Shown in pieces: positions 43,462-51,546 of a stretch of DNA of 62,074 bases. The first letter of the stretch is position 1. Each line of letters begins with the position of its first letter. The notes under the pieces were generated by a model. It did no database searches. It saw only the letters and a list, made by a program, of their open reading frames with translations, and had not been told where the DNA came from. The stretch is from IMG/VR virus record IMGVR_UViG_3300045988_098821. One strand, given 5' to 3'. The DNA is from a virus. Both the position numbers and the translations under genes were made by a program.

Positions 43462-43701
43462 TTAAAATAATTCTTGTTTTTTCTTTTCTTCGTCTTCTGT
43501 TTCTTCATATATAAGGATGTCTTTCGGCTGTAAATCAAGAATCATACAAATAGAATTTAACGCTCCAAGTGTGATATTTGTTTCTTCATTCTTAATCTTT
43601 CTTAACGTGTCTTGGCTTAATAATCCTGTCTTTTTTGCTTTGTATGTAGTGAATCCAGCTCTTTCCAGTGCATCCCCCACATTGAATTTGTATTTAAGCA
43701 T
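43462..43701 (-). CDS. XRE-family HTH regulator (79 aa)
   Basis: LLSQDTLRKIKNEETNITLGALNSICMILDLQPKDIL HTH; flanked by the twin promoters. Confidence 0.7.
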   Translation of the reverse strand: MLKYKFNVGDALERAGFTTYKAKKTGLLSQDTLRKIKNEETNITLGALNSICMILDLQPKDILIYEETEDEEKKKQELF

Positions 43702-43787
43702 TTGCTTTCCCTCCTTTTATATTAATAAGGATAATACAACACTCTTTACAAGTCAATAAAATATTATCAAAAAAAGTTATAAATGTA

Positions 43788-43816
43788 TTGACAGTAACTT
43801 TATAAAGTGATATATT
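43788..43816 (+). promoter_or_regulatory. Twin promoter/operator, right copy
   Basis: TTGACA, 17-nt spacer, TATATT, with the same ACTTTATAAAGT palindrome (43797-43808); inverted relative to the left copy. Confidence 0.6.
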
Positions 43817-43932
43817 ATAACCATAGAAAACAACAAAACAAAAAGCCGATCGGAGAAGCTACCAACTAAACCCGATCGGCACCAATCAAAAGAAAGGTAG
43901 CTCTATTATAACAGGAGCAAAGGAAAAAAGCA

Positions 43933-44340
43933 ATGTTAAGAACAAACAGCAAAAAGGCAATGGAGAACATCAAAAAAGAGATCATGGACAGCTACGAAGC
44001 GGCGAGCGAATATTTCACATTCGAAGGCAGGGAAGCAAAGACAGATTTTAACGAGATCTGCGCAGACATCCTGGAGGCGTTCAGAGTTGAAAAGTTAGAA
44101 CACGACTGTTATTACATCGCAGGCAGAGCAAACAAAAGCGAAATGTTCATGGACTGGATGCAGGGACTTCCAACAGCGTTCCCGGTTGCTGATGATATTT
44201 TTCTCAGATCAGCGATCAACTTTCTTGGAAATATCCTTGAAGAGACAGAGGAAGAAAAGGCAAGATACACAGAGGACAAAGCGGAGAAATTAGCTTGCAA
44301 CCTTCTTTACAGAGAACTTGAGAAAGGCGCACGCAAATAG
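43933..44340 (+). CDS. Hypothetical protein (135 aa)
   Basis: ORF track; first gene of the plus-strand islet. Confidence 0.6.
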   Translation: MLRTNSKKAMENIKKEIMDSYEAASEYFTFEGREAKTDFNEICADILEAFRVEKLEHDCYYIAGRANKSEMFMDWMQGLPTAFPVADDIFLRSAINFLGNILEETEEEKARYTEDKAEKLACNLLYRELEKGARK

Positions 44341-44397
44341 ACAGACCAACCGGGGAGCAATCCCCGGAGCTTTTAAGCAGATCAGGAGGGAAATAGC

Positions 44398-44601
44398 ATG
44401 ATTAGTATTAATATGTGGTACAAGAACAACCCAAAAGAAATAACCGGAATAGATTGGAGCTTTAGCGATTTAGATTGCGTTTATCATGGCAATGTTTACA
44501 AGGACGAGAAAACAATCGGAGACTTTACAGCGGACACAATGCAGGAAGTACAAGAAGCGTTCCCACATTTAGCAGAAGCGATCGACAAGGCATTAAACTA
44601 G
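44398..44601 (+). CDS. Hypothetical protein (67 aa)
   Basis: ORF track; GGAGGG RBS. Confidence 0.55.
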   Translation: MISINMWYKNNPKEITGIDWSFSDLDCVYHGNVYKDEKTIGDFTADTMQEVQEAFPHLAEAIDKALN

Positions 44602-44622
44602 AAAAACGGAGGACTTGAGAAA

Positions 44623-45384
44623 ATGAAAGCACAGAGAAATTGGATCACACCAGATGGAAAGAGTTTTGTAATCTATGGGAACATGATGGAGCAGCCGCAT
44701 TTGTTAGTGGCTGGAGCTACTGGATCAGGAAAATCCGTGGTAATCAATGGGATTATCACAACTGCACTATTCGAAGCACCGTCTCAAGTACAGTTCATTC
44801 TTATCGACCCGAAGAGGGTGGAACTCGTAGACTATAGATATCTTCCGCACACGGCGTTCTACGCATCCGAACCGGCTGAGATGGTCATAGGATTGCAGAG
44901 GGCTATGAATACCATTGAAATGAGATATACACAGATGCAGAGAGCACACGAGAAAAAATACCAGGGAACGCAGTTATATGTTATTATTGACGAATTAGCA
45001 GACTTAATGACCACGAACAAAAAACAGGTAATGCCACTAATCCAACGCATAGCACAAATAGGACGTGCCGCCGGAGTCCATCTAATCTGCGCGACTCAGT
45101 GTCCACTTGCCAAGGTCATACCGACAGAAATCAAAGTCAATTTTGATGCCCGTGTTGGACTGCGTACGAGGTCAGCGCAAGACAGTAGAAATATATTAGG
45201 CTTTAACGGTTGCGAGTATTTACCGCGCTATGGGCAAGCATATTATATGAATCCTGATAGCGGAGTAAAAAAAATAGTTGTTCCGATGTACGACAAGAGT
45301 GAAACATGGCGTTTGATTAATCACTGGATGCGGCAGTGCACACCGAAAAAGAAAGGTTTCTTTGAAAGATTGTTTGGAAGGTAA
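44623..45384 (+). CDS. FtsK/SpoIIIE-type motor-domain ATPase (stand-alone, 253 aa)
   Basis: Walker A VAGATGSGKS, Walker B LYVIIDELADL, ICATQCP (ATQRP-like) motif; no TM or gamma domain. Confidence 0.75.
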   Translation: MKAQRNWITPDGKSFVIYGNMMEQPHLLVAGATGSGKSVVINGIITTALFEAPSQVQFILIDPKRVELVDYRYLPHTAFYASEPAEMVIGLQRAMNTIEMRYTQMQRAHEKKYQGTQLYVIIDELADLMTTNKKQVMPLIQRIAQIGRAAGVHLICATQCPLAKVIPTEIKVNFDARVGLRTRSAQDSRNILGFNGCEYLPRYGQAYYMNPDSGVKKIVVPMYDKSETWRLINHWMRQCTPKKKGFFERLFGR

Positions 45385-45418
45385 AGAGAACCGGGAGAAA
45401 TCCCGGCTCTTTTTGTTT
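45385..45418. terminator. Bidirectional terminator between convergent genes
   Basis: agag-aa-ccggga gaaa tcccgg-ctct then TTTTTG. Confidence 0.65.
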
Positions 45419-45419
45419 A

Positions 45420-45644
45420 TTATTCGTATTCTTTCAAAACACATTTATCACGATACAGACAACACCAACAACCATAATAGCAGCAGGATTTACAAGGAGC
45501 TTTGTCACATTCACCTTTTAAAGCTTCTTTGCACTGCCATTCCATACAAGGCTTATTGTTTTGTTTGGCGACTAACTTTTTAAGAGTGTCAACGTATTTG
45601 TTTTGCTCTTCCTGCGTCTTAAATTCTACCATCATCAAGAGCAC
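45420..45644 (-). CDS. Cys-rich small protein (74 aa)
   Basis: ORF track; ...CMEWQCKEALKGECDKAPCKSCCYYGCWCCLYRDKC. Confidence 0.5.
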   Translation of the reverse strand: MLLMMVEFKTQEEQNKYVDTLKKLVAKQNNKPCMEWQCKEALKGECDKAPCKSCCYYGCWCCLYRDKCVLKEYE

Positions 45645-45846
45645 TCCTCATCTTCTTCTCAATGTACATATCTGCCAAATAAACTGTTATTCCGTCCAAA
45701 AGGTAAGAAACATCGCATCCGCTCTTTAAATCGATTCTAAGCATATTATACAAGCTTTCAGGCATATACACAGGCTTGCTAAACTTAGTAACTTTATGAG
45801 CTTTCAAGTGATACTCTAAAATAACTTTGTAAAGTTGTTCATGCAT
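45619..45846 (-). CDS. Hypothetical protein (75 aa)
   Basis: ORF track. Confidence 0.5.
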   Translation of the reverse strand: MHEQLYKVILEYHLKAHKVTKFSKPVYMPESLYNMLRIDLKSGCDVSYLLDGITVYLADMYIEKKMRSALDDGRI

Positions 45847-45955
45847 GATAGGTCCCTCCTATTTTCTTTTTAAATCCATTTTCTATTATCAATCAATAAA
45901 GTCTAGTCTAAACCAATTCAAATTGATTCTAGGCACATTCTGCGAAGTCACAGAA

Positions 45956-46714
45956 TCAAATGCAGAATTCCTTGTTGTTCTTTTTCTTCCACTCTTCCCG
46001 ATCTGCTTCTTTCTTCTTCTCTTCCTCGGTCATTTCTGAACCGTTTCTAATTCTTTTGACGTGGTTAAAGATGTCATTCTTTGTCGAGGTCTGCCATTCT
46101 TCGCGTCTTTTCTTCTGCTGTTCTTCTTCATCTTCAAGCTTCTTGATTTCCTCAGCTCTGTTTTTGTCTATCTGTTTCTGCCAGTTTTCAAGAGTAATCT
46201 TGTCATCCTCTTGCTTCGGCTGTTCTTGTTTCGGTTCTTCCAGCAGTTCCGGGTGGTCAACGTACTCTTTTACTTTTCCCAGCACTTCCCCGCCACAAGT
46301 GAGAAGAATTTCTCCTTGAATTACTGAATCAGTCAAGATTGATTCCCCATACTTTCTGACATAGTATTTCGCCTTGACGTCATTTACTTCTTTCATTTCC
46401 TGTTCATGTACTGGATCAGGTTTTGACTCCGTGTAGCCCTCTTCCCATGGCATCACTTCAACTGCTGCCATCTGGTCGACCTCTTTCGTCTCTTTTTCGG
46501 TCAAAACGCTCTCTGTAGGCTCTAAAATCGGGGCTGTTGGCGTTTCAAGTGATTTAAGCATAGTTTCTACGGCTTCAACGATAAAAGCGTTTATAGTGTA
46601 GTCTAGGCTCTGTATTCGCTCTTTCGTTCCTTTCGGTAATCTAGCTTGCACAATATCAAACTTTGAGTTGTAACGGTTTTGTGCGTCTTTCTGGTATTTT
46701 TTCAATGGAATCAC
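45956..46714 (-). CDS. Ribbon-helix-helix (Arc/CopG-like) protein with long charged C-terminal region
   Basis: 252 aa; N-terminus KYQKDAQNRYNSKFDIVQARLPKGTKERIQSL..INAFIVEAVETML is RHH-like; sits just downstream of the iteron array. Confidence 0.6.
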   Translation of the reverse strand: MIPLKKYQKDAQNRYNSKFDIVQARLPKGTKERIQSLDYTINAFIVEAVETMLKSLETPTAPILEPTESVLTEKETKEVDQMAAVEVMPWEEGYTESKPDPVHEQEMKEVNDVKAKYYVRKYGESILTDSVIQGEILLTCGGEVLGKVKEYVDHPELLEEPKQEQPKQEDDKITLENWQKQIDKNRAEEIKKLEDEEEQQKKRREEWQTSTKNDIFNHVKRIRNGSEMTEEEKKKEADREEWKKKNNKEFCI

Positions 46715-46735
46715 TCCTTTTTAAACGATATCTTT

Positions 46736-46908
46736 TATATATATAAATGATATATATCTTGCATATATAATAACATATATAAAAGCTATATATCAAGCTA
46801 TATATAAAAGGTATATATAAACACTATATATAAATACTATATATCTATCATATATATCTTTGCTATATATCATTACTATATATCTTTTATATATATCTTG
46901 CATATATA
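46736..46908. repeat. Iteron array: 14 copies of a (C)TATATAT core at 11-15 bp spacing
   Basis: Core starts at 46736, 46751, 46762, 46774, 46786, 46798, 46812, 46824, 46837, 46849, 46863, 46876, 46889, 46901. Confidence 0.85.
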
Positions 46909-47048
46909 GTTTGCATCTAATTGTATTTATATAATGGTATTTAGATTTTCTCTAAAAATTTCTCAAAAATTTCAAATTTTTTCCCTAAAACCGCGAACTT
47001 TACTCCGTTCTGAAAAAATGTTATGATAAAAAGAAAAGGAGTATTAGC

Positions 47049-47219
47049 ATGTACGAGGACATTTTAGAGTACCTGGACAAACGTCTCAAGGAAAATACTC
47101 GCGATATCGGCTCCGCGATCACTTCCAGGGATGTTGATGATATCCACAGATATGAGGGCAGAGAGCAGATGATTCTTGAAATCAAGCGGTTTATAAGGAA
47201 AAAGCAAGGGGAGAAATGA
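47049..47219 (+). CDS. Small hypothetical protein (56 aa)
   Basis: Hand translation MYEDILEYLDKRLKENTRDIGSAITSRDVDDIHRYEGREQMILEIKRFIRKKQGEK; AAAGGAG RBS. Confidence 0.45.
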   Translation: MYEDILEYLDKRLKENTRDIGSAITSRDVDDIHRYEGREQMILEIKRFIRKKQGEK

Positions 47220-47232
47220 TCTCCCCTATTTG
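47207..47232. terminator. Bidirectional terminator
   Basis: GGGGAGA-aatga-TCTCCCC then TATTTG. Confidence 0.6.
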
Positions 47233-47233
47233 A

Positions 47234-47485
47234 TTATTTGCGGAAATTATTCAGCAATTCTTCTTTTAACTCCATCTTCCCGGCTCTAAAACCGAGCTTG
47301 AAAGCGTAGATCAGTGCTTTTGTCTTCCCCATCTCCACTTTGTCGGCAATCGTAACCAATGGCAGCAGGTCTTCCGCAAAGTAATCTGTAACCACACTGT
47401 CGCTGATCGGGCGAATTTTCTCTTCGATATTATTCATCGTGCTTCTCATATCGCTGACTTTTACTTTAAGCTTCCTTGCTACCAT
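47234..47485 (-). CDS. Hypothetical protein (83 aa)
   Basis: ORF track. Confidence 0.55.
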   Translation of the reverse strand: MVARKLKVKVSDMRSTMNNIEEKIRPISDSVVTDYFAEDLLPLVTIADKVEMGKTKALIYAFKLGFRAGKMELKEELLNNFRK

Positions 47486-48158
47486 TATTTTTCTCCTCTC
47501 TATGTTCTACCCTTGATTCGTAAATGCTGTCAATCACGGTTTTTGCACGTTCAGCCATGTCAGGGAAGAAGTCAAATAAATCTAATTTGCTTTCAAGTCT
47601 CTTTCCTGTCCCCATAATATATCTGATTTCTGCTTCCTCAAGGTCGAATTTTTCTTCAATGTAAGGAAATATAAGCTCAAACAAAAATTCTTCTTCTACA
47701 CCGTAGCTGCTACAAATAGCTGCTATTTTATATCTGTTTTTTCTGTAGAACGTCACTGGTTTAGGTGCCGGGATGCTAGATACCTTCGGTCTCTGCGGAA
47801 TTTCTGCCACTTCTCTCGCTCTGAAATAGGTATTCACAAGTCTTCTCTGAACATTCCACGACAATTCATCTTTGAATGTCTTAAAAATCATCAGATAACC
47901 GCTTTCGGTCAAATAAGTGACTCCCTTTGGTGGGATTTCTCCAATGTGGTTATTAGCCACATTGAAATCTTCTCTTGTGATAACGAAATAATCTTCATTT
48001 TCCAAGAAGTGAGATTTGTTCTTATAGAAGTTATTTCTAGCAGTTCCAAACTTTCTCTGGTGAACTTCATCAATGTCCTTGAAAGTAACTACTCTCTGTC
48101 CTTTGTATTCTCTGATAGGTAATACTATTTCACTTACTGCTAAATTCTCTTTTGTCAT
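47466..48158 (-). CDS. ORF6N-domain antirepressor-like protein
   Basis: IREYKGQRVVTFKDIDEVHQRKFGTARNNFYKNKSHFLENEDYFVI...YLTESGYLMIFKTF is an ORF6N signature. Confidence 0.7.
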   Translation of the reverse strand: MTKENLAVSEIVLPIREYKGQRVVTFKDIDEVHQRKFGTARNNFYKNKSHFLENEDYFVITREDFNVANNHIGEIPPKGVTYLTESGYLMIFKTFKDELSWNVQRRLVNTYFRAREVAEIPQRPKVSSIPAPKPVTFYRKNRYKIAAICSSYGVEEEFLFELIFPYIEEKFDLEEAEIRYIMGTGKRLESKLDLFDFFPDMAERAKTVIDSIYESRVEHREEKNNGSKEA

Positions 48159-48179
48159 ATTCTTATCCTCCATATCAAA

Positions 48180-48365
48180 TTACACTGTTGCTCTTACCTT
48201 TGATTTTGCTTTCGCTTTTTGCAGTTCCCGATAGCCAAATGCATAGTCAAGAAGTACCCTGATTGCATCAACATCTTCCAGTTCATCTACCAGCTTCTTA
48301 ATGTCATCTCTATAAATCTCTCTGTAAAATCCATCTCTGTCTTCGTAAAAATCAACGTCTTTCAT
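48180..48365 (-). CDS. Hypothetical protein (61 aa)
   Basis: ORF track. Confidence 0.5.
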   Translation of the reverse strand: MKDVDFYEDRDGFYREIYRDDIKKLVDELEDVDAIRVLLDYAFGYRELQKAKAKSKVRATV

Positions 48366-48539
48366 TTATTTGTCCCCCTTAGACATCATTATAAAATCAT
48401 ACTTTGCTGCGTACATTTTACAAAATCCTGCAAGTTCGGCAAGACTGGTATAGCAGACAAGATTGTCCGCAATGTAATGGAGAATTGCTCTGTTGTCCTC
48501 TGGCTTCATGATATTTACTTCTAAGTTAATTTCCTGCAT
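48366..48539 (-). CDS. Hypothetical protein (57 aa)
   Basis: ATG 48539 (MQEINLEVNIMKPEDNR...) after AAAGGAG. Confidence 0.5.
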   Translation of the reverse strand: MQEINLEVNIMKPEDNRAILHYIADNLVCYTSLAELAGFCKMYAAKYDFIMMSKGDK

Positions 48540-48663
48540 AATAAAAACTCCTTTCAATTAAAAAATTGTTCTTGAAAGAAGTCCCCGTCTGCATTATAAT
48601 ATTTGCAGAAGGAAACTTCTAACATTTGTAGAACATTGCGTTGATTGGTAGTCGGGCAATGTT

Positions 48664-48849
48664 CTATTTTTTTGATGATTCTAAGGCTTTTTGGTAAACA
48701 TTGTTTATGCCCTCTCTTATCACTTCCGATTTTGAAAGATTGAGAGTTTCACAACAATATTCAAGCTTTATACTGTCAAGAAGAGAAATTCTTATTTCCA
48801 TTCTTTTTGTTTTTGGATCATCAGTTGGTCTTCCAGTTCTAGGACTCAT
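48664..48849 (-). CDS. Ribbon-helix-helix (CopG-like) regulator
   Basis: ATG 48849; MSPRTGRPTDDPKTKRMEIRISLLDSIKLEYCCETLNLSKSEVIREGI. Confidence 0.6.
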   Translation of the reverse strand: MSPRTGRPTDDPKTKRMEIRISLLDSIKLEYCCETLNLSKSEVIREGINNVYQKALESSKK

Positions 48850-48864
48850 ATTTCTCACCACCTT

Positions 48865-48904
48865 TTATGTCCGTACATAAATAATAACTTATGTCCGTAC
48901 ATAA
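48865..48904 (-). promoter_or_regulatory. Promoter with duplicated 16-bp operator TTATGTCCGTACATAA
   Basis: Copies at 48865-48880 and 48889-48904 overlap a minus-strand TTGACT, 17-nt spacer, TATTAT promoter. Confidence 0.6.
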
Positions 48905-48920
48905 GTCAATACCTAAATTC

Positions 48921-48952
48921 AAAAAAATAGAGAGGAATAAAAATCCCTCTCC
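48921..48952 (-). terminator. Intrinsic terminator after 48974..49543
   Basis: Minus-strand GAGAGGGA-tttttat-TCCTCTC then TATTTTTTT. Confidence 0.6.
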
Positions 48953-48973
48953 AAAATAATCCATATTCAATTG

Positions 48974-49543
48974 TTACTGTACGATTTCATCAAGGTCAAG
49001 GCTGTATCCCATAACCTCTCCTACATCTGTACACTTTCCTCTTACTGTAATAGTATCACCAGTTGAAAGAGTCTTCACAGCGTTAATGATATCTTCATCT
49101 CCATTTGTGTAGCACTGAACTCCAGTAAGTGCAAAGTCATCATCTTCAGGAAGAATACTAATGTATGATGAGTCGCTATCTATATTTGAAAGTTTTCCTG
49201 TAATTTCAAGATACTTGTCTTTGTACTCATCAGAAGCTGCTGCTGCATTCTTGTCAAGAGCATCCACCATGTCACCGATAGAAACCTGTGTATACTCAAT
49301 TGTTTCTTCCTGTTTAGCATCTGTGGAAGATTTACTGTTTGAATCACTCTTTGCTGTGGAATCGTCTGATCCACCACCGCCCATAGCAGCTCCGATAATT
49401 CCAATCACTACAATTGCAATGATAATCCATTTCAGCTTGCCACCCTGTTTCTTTCTACAATTCGGACAAACCTTTGCTTTCTTTGGTATTTCTGACTGAC
49501 AATGCTTGCAAATTTTTGTTCCTGTGTTTTTTGAGTTTCCCAT
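48974..49543 (-). CDS. Zinc-ribbon, single-TM protein with OB-fold-like ectodomain
   Basis: 189 aa; CKHCQSEIPKKAKVCPNCRKK, TM WIIIAIVVIGIIGAAMGG, C-terminal KYLEITGKLSNI...GDTITVRGKCTDVGEVMGYSLDL. Confidence 0.55.
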   Translation of the reverse strand: MGNSKNTGTKICKHCQSEIPKKAKVCPNCRKKQGGKLKWIIIAIVVIGIIGAAMGGGGSDDSTAKSDSNSKSSTDAKQEETIEYTQVSIGDMVDALDKNAAAASDEYKDKYLEITGKLSNIDSDSSYISILPEDDDFALTGVQCYTNGDEDIINAVKTLSTGDTITVRGKCTDVGEVMGYSLDLDEIVQ

Positions 49544-49613
49544 AATCCTTTTTTCCTTTCTTTCGATATACTGTAATTGTATTACATTCTTTTTAAAAAC
49601 TCAATAGTTTGCA

Positions 49614-49637
49614 TGAAAAAGCACGGATCAACCGTGC
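49614..49637 (-). terminator. Intrinsic terminator
   Basis: Minus-strand GCACGG-ttgat-CCGTGC then TTTTTC. Confidence 0.65.
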
Positions 49638-49856
49638 AATTTCCGTTACCAAAATATTATTCTTATAGTGTGGATTATGCAGCCATATCAAACAAACCTA
49701 AGATAAACTTTCTTCCAAGCTGTGTGATTCTTCTGTGATAAATAACACGACCGCTATCAAGAGTTTCTTGCTTTATAGACTCGTATCCAAGATCACTGGA
49801 GTATGATTCGCAACTAGTTTTTCGATTTTAAATCCGAAAACCTATTTTTGTAAAAC

Positions 49857-50021
49857 AAAAAAGCCTGAGTACGCTGAGAGTAAAGACAGTATTTTGTACT
49901 ATCCTTTTTCTCAGTATACTCAGGCTGACGATTCCTGACCATTGTTGATCTGAATCCCATTCGTTCTTCACATATTTCTCGTCGCTGATATTATTATAAC
50001 ACAAATGAAATTAATAAACAA
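49857..50021 (-). promoter_or_regulatory. Cassette B: paralogue of cassette A (promoter, conserved leader, long terminator hairpin)
   Basis: TTGTTT (50021-50016), 17-nt spacer, TGTGTTATAAT (50003-49993); 17-bp stem 49863-49925 then U6. About 80% identical to A over the first 82 nt. Confidence 0.65.
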
Positions 50022-50340
50022 CACGAGCAAGCAAAATATTTTCAATCAAATCAGTCAATGAAATAATTTCTCTCGCATGGTCAGAAATGAAATTGCAAAG
50101 GCGTTCCTCTGTTTCTATAGGAAGAGAAATTCCGTAGGTCATACAAACAGCGTGAGTCATCTCATGGGAAAGAACGCGGTCAAACATGGTATCCGGGAGA
50201 CGATTAGACAGATAGATTGTATTGGTCATTCTGTCAGTAACTCCGAGCGTGTAAACACCGTCTGAACGTCTCAGTAGCTCACTGGATGGATTTTCATATT
50301 GGACATGCCATAATTCATCATTGATATAGAAATTCATCAA
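50011..50340 (-). CDS. HExxH zinc-metallopeptidase-like protein (109 aa)
   Basis: VLSHEMTHAVCMTYG motif. Confidence 0.5.
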   Translation of the reverse strand: MMNFYINDELWHVQYENPSSELLRRSDGVYTLGVTDRMTNTIYLSNRLPDTMFDRVLSHEMTHAVCMTYGISLPIETEERLCNFISDHAREIISLTDLIENILLARVVY

Positions 50341-50381
50341 ACCACCTACTTAAAAAGGGAAGGCTTTCGCCCTCCCGTGAA

Positions 50382-51014
50382 TTACATCTTATTGATGAGA
50401 GTCGCAAGCTTTGATTTTGCAAGAGTTCTCTCTTCCGGCGTCATGTCAGAAATCAGATCAGTCACGTCTTTTCCAAGTTCTGTCATATAGGACTCAAGCT
50501 CATGCATCTTCGTGTCCTTGTCCTTGTGTGTATCTCTTGCGTCTGTATAGCCACGGCGAGCCATATCATAGCGACTGGATGATTTAGGCTCTGTGTAATA
50601 CATTCTTCCGTGCTTGTCTCTGTCCATGTCACGATCAGTGTCCCAGTCACGATACATCTCAGGAGTCATGTGCCAATAAGGCGGCTCATTATATCCTCTT
50701 CTCATTCCGTGACCTTTCGGAGCAAATCTGCCGGATTTATAACGGTATTCGTCATAATATCTCCTGGCATCCTCTTCACCATACTGGTCCTTAAACATTT
50801 TCAGAAGATACTTCTCTTCCTCTTTTTCATCTTCATCAGATTCTTCCATAGCTTTTGAGATTCTTGCATGGTATTCAGCATCGGCAAGGTCTTTAATCAT
50901 ATCGATGACCTGTCCCATCTCGCAAGTATTAACGTTTTCAATACCGCTAGAAAGTTCAGCACAAGCGCACTCAGAAAGTTTTTCAATCAATTCATGGATA
51001 TGTTTGATATGCAT
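50382..51014 (-). CDS. Charged hypothetical protein (210 aa), cargo operon
   Basis: ORF track; D/E/R/Y-rich. Confidence 0.55.
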   Translation of the reverse strand: MHIKHIHELIEKLSECACAELSSGIENVNTCEMGQVIDMIKDLADAEYHARISKAMEESDEDEKEEEKYLLKMFKDQYGEEDARRYYDEYRYKSGRFAPKGHGMRRGYNEPPYWHMTPEMYRDWDTDRDMDRDKHGRMYYTEPKSSSRYDMARRGYTDARDTHKDKDTKMHELESYMTELGKDVTDLISDMTPEERTLAKSKLATLINKM

Positions 51015-51028
51015 AATATTCTCACCTC

Positions 51029-51451
51029 CTAAGCTTCTCTTGTAACAACAAGGTTCGCATTTGCCACGTTGATTGCCTGCGTACTTGTATTCTCAACAGC
51101 AATATTCACACAACATCCGGCCGGTACGTCAATATAGATACCAGCAGATACATTATTGTACTGGTCAACTGCTGCCGGAGTACTAATCATCTGAGAAGAA
51201 AGAACAGGCTCTCCGCTGATTGCGATAGCCAGTGAGATTGCTCCAGCTGTCCCTCCGGTCGGTACTGCGATATTTGCTGAAAAATCAACAAAATAGCGCG
51301 CTCTACACTGATTTGTAATTCCTCTCAGAGTCACGATTCCAGAACCCTCACGATGTTTGATGCAGTTATTTCCTTGAACTGCCGTGTTTGTAAAGATAAC
51401 ATTTCCGTTCACTGCTACTTCTTGAGCAGAAACAGCTAAATATTCAGCCAT
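51029..51451 (-). CDS. Beta-rich protein reminiscent of BclA/C1q-like C-terminal domains (tentative)
   Basis: 140 aa; ...YFVDFSANIAVPTGGTAGAISLAIAISGEPVL...IYIDVPAGCCVNIAVENTS...LVVTRE. Confidence 0.35.
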   Translation of the reverse strand: MAEYLAVSAQEVAVNGNVIFTNTAVQGNNCIKHREGSGIVTLRGITNQCRARYFVDFSANIAVPTGGTAGAISLAIAISGEPVLSSQMISTPAAVDQYNNVSAGIYIDVPAGCCVNIAVENTSTQAINVANANLVVTREA

Positions 51452-51546
51452 AGTATTTTACCTCCATAATTTAAGGGACAAACCTTTTACAGTCTGCCCC
51501 TTGTATTCGTAATACTGCTTATAGCAGACATAACATTTAAGTTAAG

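Noticed and set aside
46736-46908. CRISPR array considered for the regularly spaced repeats here and for the 27-bp array at the window ends.
   Set aside because: There are no unique spacers. The units are contiguous (27-bp array) or separated by only 3-7 nt of AT-rich sequence (iterons), and no cas genes are present.
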